Source of the DNA: Gammaproteobacteria bacterium
Lineage (GTDB): Bacteria; Pseudomonadota; Gammaproteobacteria; Eutrophobiales; Eutrophobiaceae
Assembly (NCBI GenBank): GCA_965222155.1
Contig: CBDCTH010000012.1
Location: 1,696,001 to 1,760,000 of the forward strand
Reading direction: 5' to 3'
DNA: 64,000 nucleotides
Below the pieces are notes generated by a model. That model ran no database searches. It saw nothing but the letters and a program-made list of their open reading frames with translations, and had not been told where the DNA came from. Below, piece after piece: positions 60,087 to 64,000 of this stretch. Position numbers and translations under genes: made by a program. The first letter of the stretch is position 1. The number at the start of each line of letters is the position of its first letter.

Positions 60087-60884
60087 ATGTCGAGTAATCG
60101 TCAAAATGTGATACCGGATGAACACGGAGATGACGAGGATTTGTCCCGGCAAGTTATTGCTGTAGCACATGACCGGCCTATCGGCTTTCGGGCAACACCT
60201 CATAAGCATTTTCGTGCACAACTCGTCTTCGCCAGTAATGGTGTAATGCGAGTCAGTACAGATAGTGCAACGTGGATAGTCCCGCCACAGCAGGCAGTCT
60301 GGGTACCCGCCGGTGTCACCCATTCTGTGATTAATGATAGTGCCGTTGCATTTCGAACTCTTTATTTGCATCCACGGGTTGCTGATGAACTGCCATCCAG
60401 TTGTTACGTTGTCAGTGTTACGCCTTTACTTCGAGAGTTAATATTATATATGGTAGCTTTACAGGATGATTCGGGTTGCGAATTATCAAATAGGCTTATT
60501 GCAGTAATCCCTGAATTGCTAAAAACACTAAAGCCTGAACCATTACAACTACCATTACCTGAAGACAGGCGATTGCAAATGATCACGAATCATTTGATGA
60601 GTGATCCATCTGACAATCGTTCACTAATTGAGTGGTCCGAACTAGCCGGCGCAAGTCAAAGCACTATAGAAAGATTGTTTAAACGTGAACTAGGCATGGG
60701 ATTTCTTAACTGGCGGCAGGGTCTCCGGCTACTTTCGGCCATTTACATGCTTTCTGATGATGTGCCTGTCACTACTATTGCGTACGAATTAGGTTATGCC
60801 AGTACCAGTGCTTTTATAGCCATGTTTCGTAGAAAGCTCGGACAACCTCCAAAGCAATACATGCAATCGTACAAAATGGGGTGA
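60087..60884 (+). CDS. AraC-family regulator with cupin N-domain
   Basis: HKH.RAQL, WVPAGVTH, HTH WRQGLRL...LGYASTSAFIAMFRR; divergent from the Mo enzyme. Confidence 0.93.
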   Translation: MSSNRQNVIPDEHGDDEDLSRQVIAVAHDRPIGFRATPHKHFRAQLVFASNGVMRVSTDSATWIVPPQQAVWVPAGVTHSVINDSAVAFRTLYLHPRVADELPSSCYVVSVTPLLRELILYMVALQDDSGCELSNRLIAVIPELLKTLKPEPLQLPLPEDRRLQMITNHLMSDPSDNRSLIEWSELAGASQSTIERLFKRELGMGFLNWRQGLRLLSAIYMLSDDVPVTTIAYELGYASTSAFIAMFRRKLGQPPKQYMQSYKMG

Positions 60885-61157
60885 GGTCGTTACACACTGC
60901 CCCATCAAAGTTTTTCATACCGTAATTCAGGTTCAGCAGCCAAATACGACTATGCGGAATCAAGCGTAAAATTTACGGTATTTTCATTTATAATGTTGAA
61001 TTCCCTAAAACTGAATTGTTTATTTCCGATAGCAACAAGCGACCTGGTGAGAAATCCGGGCTAGTTCAATGCACATAAAAAATGATACAAAATCGCTTGA
61101 TTCTGGATTATATTGTATAGAATTCTCGTCCTGGTGTAACCGCGTGTAGAAGGAAAC

Positions 61158-61622
61158 ATGATTAAACTCAATGTAAATGACAAACATTATGAACTGGACG
61201 TCGAAGCGGACACGCCTCTTTTGTGGGCGCTCCGGGATGAGATTGGATTAACCGGCACCAAGTTCGGTTGTGGAATAGCCCAGTGCGGCGCCTGCACCGT
61301 TCACGTTGATGGAAAACCCATGCGTTCCTGTGTTCTCCCTGCGGGCAATGTCGGCAATAAAAAAATTACCACCATCGAACACCTGGCCAAAGACGGCTAT
61401 CACCCGGTGCAACAGGCCTGGCTGGAATTGCAGGTACCACAGTGCGGTTATTGTCAATCGGGACAACTGATGTCCGCCGCCGCCTTGCTGGCAGATAATC
61501 CTTTACCTTCCGATGCAGATATCGATAAGGCCATGTCAGGCAACATTTGCCGTTGCGGTACATATCAGCGCATCCGCGCAGCCATTCACCGCGCCGCCGA
61601 ATTACAACGGGAGACCTATTGA
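61158..61622 (+). CDS. iorA: IorA-like (2Fe-2S) subunit
   Basis: [44 protein letters not shown]. Confidence 0.9.
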   Translation: MIKLNVNDKHYELDVEADTPLLWALRDEIGLTGTKFGCGIAQCGACTVHVDGKPMRSCVLPAGNVGNKKITTIEHLAKDGYHPVQQAWLELQVPQCGYCQSGQLMSAAALLADNPLPSDADIDKAMSGNICRCGTYQRIRAAIHRAAELQRETY

Positions 61623-61623
61623 G

Positions 61624-62661
61624 TTGGAGTTATCCGGCCGGGTGGTTACCGGGACAGGCCGGGCTGCGGGTTTTACCGAACTCGGATATGCAAAGAAGCA
61701 ATTTCTCGACAAACTGGGTATCGATACCTGGCCCGGCACACTTAATGTAAAACTGGACGACACAGAGTCACTTGCCGACTGGCAATCACTCAGGGATGGA
61801 GACGGCATCGGTATCAGCGACCCTGACGGTAACAGCTGTCATGCCCGCAGTTACCCGGTACAAATCAACAACCAGGTAACCGGGGCCATAATCTTTCCCG
61901 AGATCAGTGGTTACCCGGCTGACCAGGTAGAGATTATCGCCCCGGTTTCACTGCGCCAACACCTCTCATTGAACGACGGCGACCTTCTCAGACTAAACAT
62001 TATCAGACCTGTCAGAGCCAGCGCTGTCCTGTTTGACCTGGACGGCACGCTGGTCGATACCGTGGGCGCATTTTACCTGCTCGCCAAACTGACCGGAGCC
62101 GAGTTCGGCCTGGAAATATCCAAAGATCGCATGTATGAGACCTTGAATCACGGCATTTCCTATTGGGAGCATGTCGTGCCGAACTCAGTGGAAGATCGCC
62201 CGGCCATGATTGATAAGCTGAACAACAGGGCCATGCAACTCTGGCCCGATATTATCAAAGACAAAGCCGGGGTTTTCTCTGGTGTGTACGAAACCCTGTC
62301 AGCCCTCAAAACAGCGGGTTATACGTTGGGTATAGTCACGGGATCAGGGGAGCGATCCCTGGGATTATTGTATGAACTGGGCGTGGCTGGACTTTTCGAC
62401 GCGGTCATTACCGGCCCCGACGTCAAAAAACGAAAACCGGATCCGGAAGGCCTGTATAAATGCCTGAAACGCATGGACGTTACCCCGGGCGATGCGGTTT
62501 ACGTAGGAGACAGCGTGATCGACATGCAGGCAAGCCGTGCCGCGGGAGTCCTGCCCATAGGGGTACTCACCGGCGCCGGCACGTCTCCCACCTTATGCAA
62601 GGCCGGGGCCTACAGGATCGTCAGCAGCCATGAGCAGGTGATGGATTTACTGGCGACCTGA
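61624..62661 (+). CDS. Archaeal-type CTP-dependent riboflavin kinase domain fused to HAD phosphatase
   Basis: GRVVTGTG...PGTLNV and EIIAPVSLR..LSL.DGD; then FDLDGTL, KPDPE, YVGDS. TTG start assumed. Confidence 0.75.
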   Translation: MELSGRVVTGTGRAAGFTELGYAKKQFLDKLGIDTWPGTLNVKLDDTESLADWQSLRDGDGIGISDPDGNSCHARSYPVQINNQVTGAIIFPEISGYPADQVEIIAPVSLRQHLSLNDGDLLRLNIIRPVRASAVLFDLDGTLVDTVGAFYLLAKLTGAEFGLEISKDRMYETLNHGISYWEHVVPNSVEDRPAMIDKLNNRAMQLWPDIIKDKAGVFSGVYETLSALKTAGYTLGIVTGSGERSLGLLYELGVAGLFDAVITGPDVKKRKPDPEGLYKCLKRMDVTPGDAVYVGDSVIDMQASRAAGVLPIGVLTGAGTSPTLCKAGAYRIVSSHEQVMDLLAT

Positions 62662-63123
62662 GCGACCTCTGGGAGAATCCAGCTCGTAGCCACGCTGTTC
62701 ATAATCGAATCCACCCAGTTCGAGACGTTTCAGATCCGTTGCCTGCGGCGACGCATAATAGGCCCGGATTTCCTGCATCAAACCCGTACCCGTATCGAAC
62801 ACGACCCACTCGGCGCCACGCAGGACCGTACCCTGGCTGGTCTTGAAATGGGTCCATTCAATCACCGCTTCTCCCTTTTGCGCGTCGATTAGCAAAGCAT
62901 CAATGGTCCAGTACGAACCGCCCTTCCGCACCGCGGCGCACCAGCGTTCGGCGATCTTCGCCGCACCCCGGAATGGCCCTTCATACATACCCGGCGGAAA
63001 ATAATGGATGGCATCGGGCGTGAAGCAACGTATTATTTTCTCCCGGTCAGCCTCATTACAACCGTCGTAGTATTCACGCATCAGGGCTTCCATTTTTGCA
63101 GTGCTCAAATGTTCTATTGCCAT
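62647..63123 (-). CDS. NTF2/SnoaL-like protein
   Basis: YYDGCN...CFTPDA.HY, AVIEWT, EIRAYY. Confidence 0.75.
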   Translation of the reverse strand: MAIEHLSTAKMEALMREYYDGCNEADREKIIRCFTPDAIHYFPPGMYEGPFRGAAKIAERWCAAVRKGGSYWTIDALLIDAQKGEAVIEWTHFKTSQGTVLRGAEWVVFDTGTGLMQEIRAYYASPQATDLKRLELGGFDYEQRGYELDSPRGRSGRQ

Positions 63124-63137
63124 GATTATTACCTTAT

Positions 63138-63200
63138 TCTGTAAAATTCGTATTAATGACCTGTTTTTTTCGTATTAACAGTCTGTAAAATTCGTATTAA
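63138..63200. repeat. TTCGTATTAA x3 with exact 22-bp period
   Basis: Starts at 63147, 63169 and 63191; copies 1 and 3 extend to TCTGTAAAATTCGTATTAA. Confidence 0.85.
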
Positions 63201-63273
63201 CCTGTGGAAAAGTTCAAGTTGATAGTATATATTCTGCGACATCAAGCAAAATCAAATCCACGCAATACGACCC

Positions 63274-63528
63274 ATGTACCCTAGAAGCATACAACCTTTC
63301 CTTGAGGAATTACTCACGGAATTCCGTGTGCTTTACCTGACGGGACCTCGGCAGGCGGGCAAAACCACACTGGCGCGTGCCGTTGCTGTAAAACTGGGTA
63401 TGGACTACATCACCCTGGATGATCAAGCAATTTTGGCATCCGCTAAATCGGACCCACACGGGTTTATACGTTCCTTGGGCGCCAGGAAAGTAGTATTGGA
63501 TGAGTTTCAATTAGCGCCAGGTAGTTGA
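63274..63528 (+). pseudogene. Truncated AAA_14/DUF4143-type ATPase
   Basis: MYPR, GPRQAGKTT, YITLDD, LDEFQ; stops right after Walker B. Confidence 0.8.
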
Positions 63529-63688
63529 AGACCGTCGCGAATACTACTAGCTGTATGTGGTAACCAATTGCGCTACCGAACCCAATCTTCAGGAACCTGT
63601 TCATGACCCGGCACGGCTACGGTGGCACGAAGTTACCAAGGTCGCCCACTATTATTTTGGCGTGGATGCCCTGAAGCAGCCCCTATAG
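63515..63688 (+). pseudogene. C-terminal remnant of a DUF3883-type (helicase-associated) protein
   Basis: Manual translation RQVVEDRREYY*LYVVTNCATEPNLQEPVHDPARLRWHEVTKVAHYYFGVDALKQPL*; TAG at the position where Trp (YWLYVV) is usual. Confidence 0.6.
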
Positions 63689-63712
63689 GTGAGGGGCATA
63701 TACAACAACATC

Positions 63713-64000
63713 ATGAACCGCGTTGAACGCTATGAAAGCTTGATCAAGGCGCCTTCCCCGGCCCCGTCGCACTGGGCTGCTTCCTGTACACACCAGGAAT
63801 GCTCACTGCATCAGTTGTCGCCGTATATCGGCAAGTTAAAAAGTATTATTGCCCATGACCTCATTTTGCAATACAGCAAACCCGGTGATCTGGTAGCAGA
63901 CATGTTCTGTGGCAGCGGGACTGTACCCCTGGAGGCAGCCCGCCTTGGGCGACGCGTATTTGCTTCCGACACAAACATATATGCTGTCACGCTGACCAGA
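63713..64000 (+). CDS. DNA methyltransferase (N4/N6 type), runs off the right edge
   Basis: Manual translation: LHQLSPYIGKL...YSKPGDLVADMFCGSGTVPLEAARLGRR; open to the window end. Confidence 0.8.
   Translation, partial: MNRVERYESLIKAPSPAPSHWAASCTHQECSLHQLSPYIGKLKSIIAHDLILQYSKPGDLVADMFCGSGTVPLEAARLGRRVFASDTNIYAVTLTR

Noticed and set aside
61040-61065. GGTGAGAAATCCGGGCTAG as a possible IS end
   Set aside because: No partner inverted repeat or transposase in the window.

Overview
Bacterial window, probably Gammaproteobacteria-like; the repeat-rich FG-GAP/RTX protein, PD-(D/E)XK nucleases and short coiled-coil proteins hint at a host-associated or sediment organism (inference). It is a mosaic of catabolic, respiratory and defence modules. 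(1) 1-11 kb: multicomponent phenol hydroxylase dmpKLMN (running off the left edge) and a dmpD-like meta-cleavage hydrolase share an ATCGAT-N13-ATCGAT upstream motif and are separated by cargo, including a broken FG-GAP/serralysin/RTX protein. (2) 12.4-25.7 kb: a xanthine-dehydrogenase-family Mo-hydroxylase cluster with cyclic amidohydrolase, C-N hydrolase, CoxG, GntR, a CobW-type GTPase, UbiD and CoxDE. (3) 25.7-37.2 kb: an atypical periplasmic nitrate-reductase-like operon, with a Tat-exported NasA/NarB-type catalytic subunit, a class I dihaem cytochrome instead of NapB, NapGH, extra Fe-S proteins and a YyaL-DsbD-like fusion. (4) 37.4-42 kb: a collapsed iorB pseudogene and a GST/ureohydrolase/MFS/DUF1989 operon. 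(5) 42-55.6 kb: a defence island with two TA pairs, a type III RM system with frameshifted mod, a RelE-like/UvrD helicase, an MmeI remnant plus HEPN-like gene, duplicated nucleases and a MITE. (6) 56-64 kb: TTQ amine dehydrogenase subunits without their biogenesis genes, an acetylene-hydratase-like Mo/W enzyme, AraC, an orphan iorA, an archaeal-type riboflavin kinase-HAD fusion, and remnants leading into a DNA methyltransferase. Deletion-joined gene remnants recur throughout. No rRNA, tRNA or CRISPR array was recognised. All family assignments come from motif recognition by eye; no searches were run.
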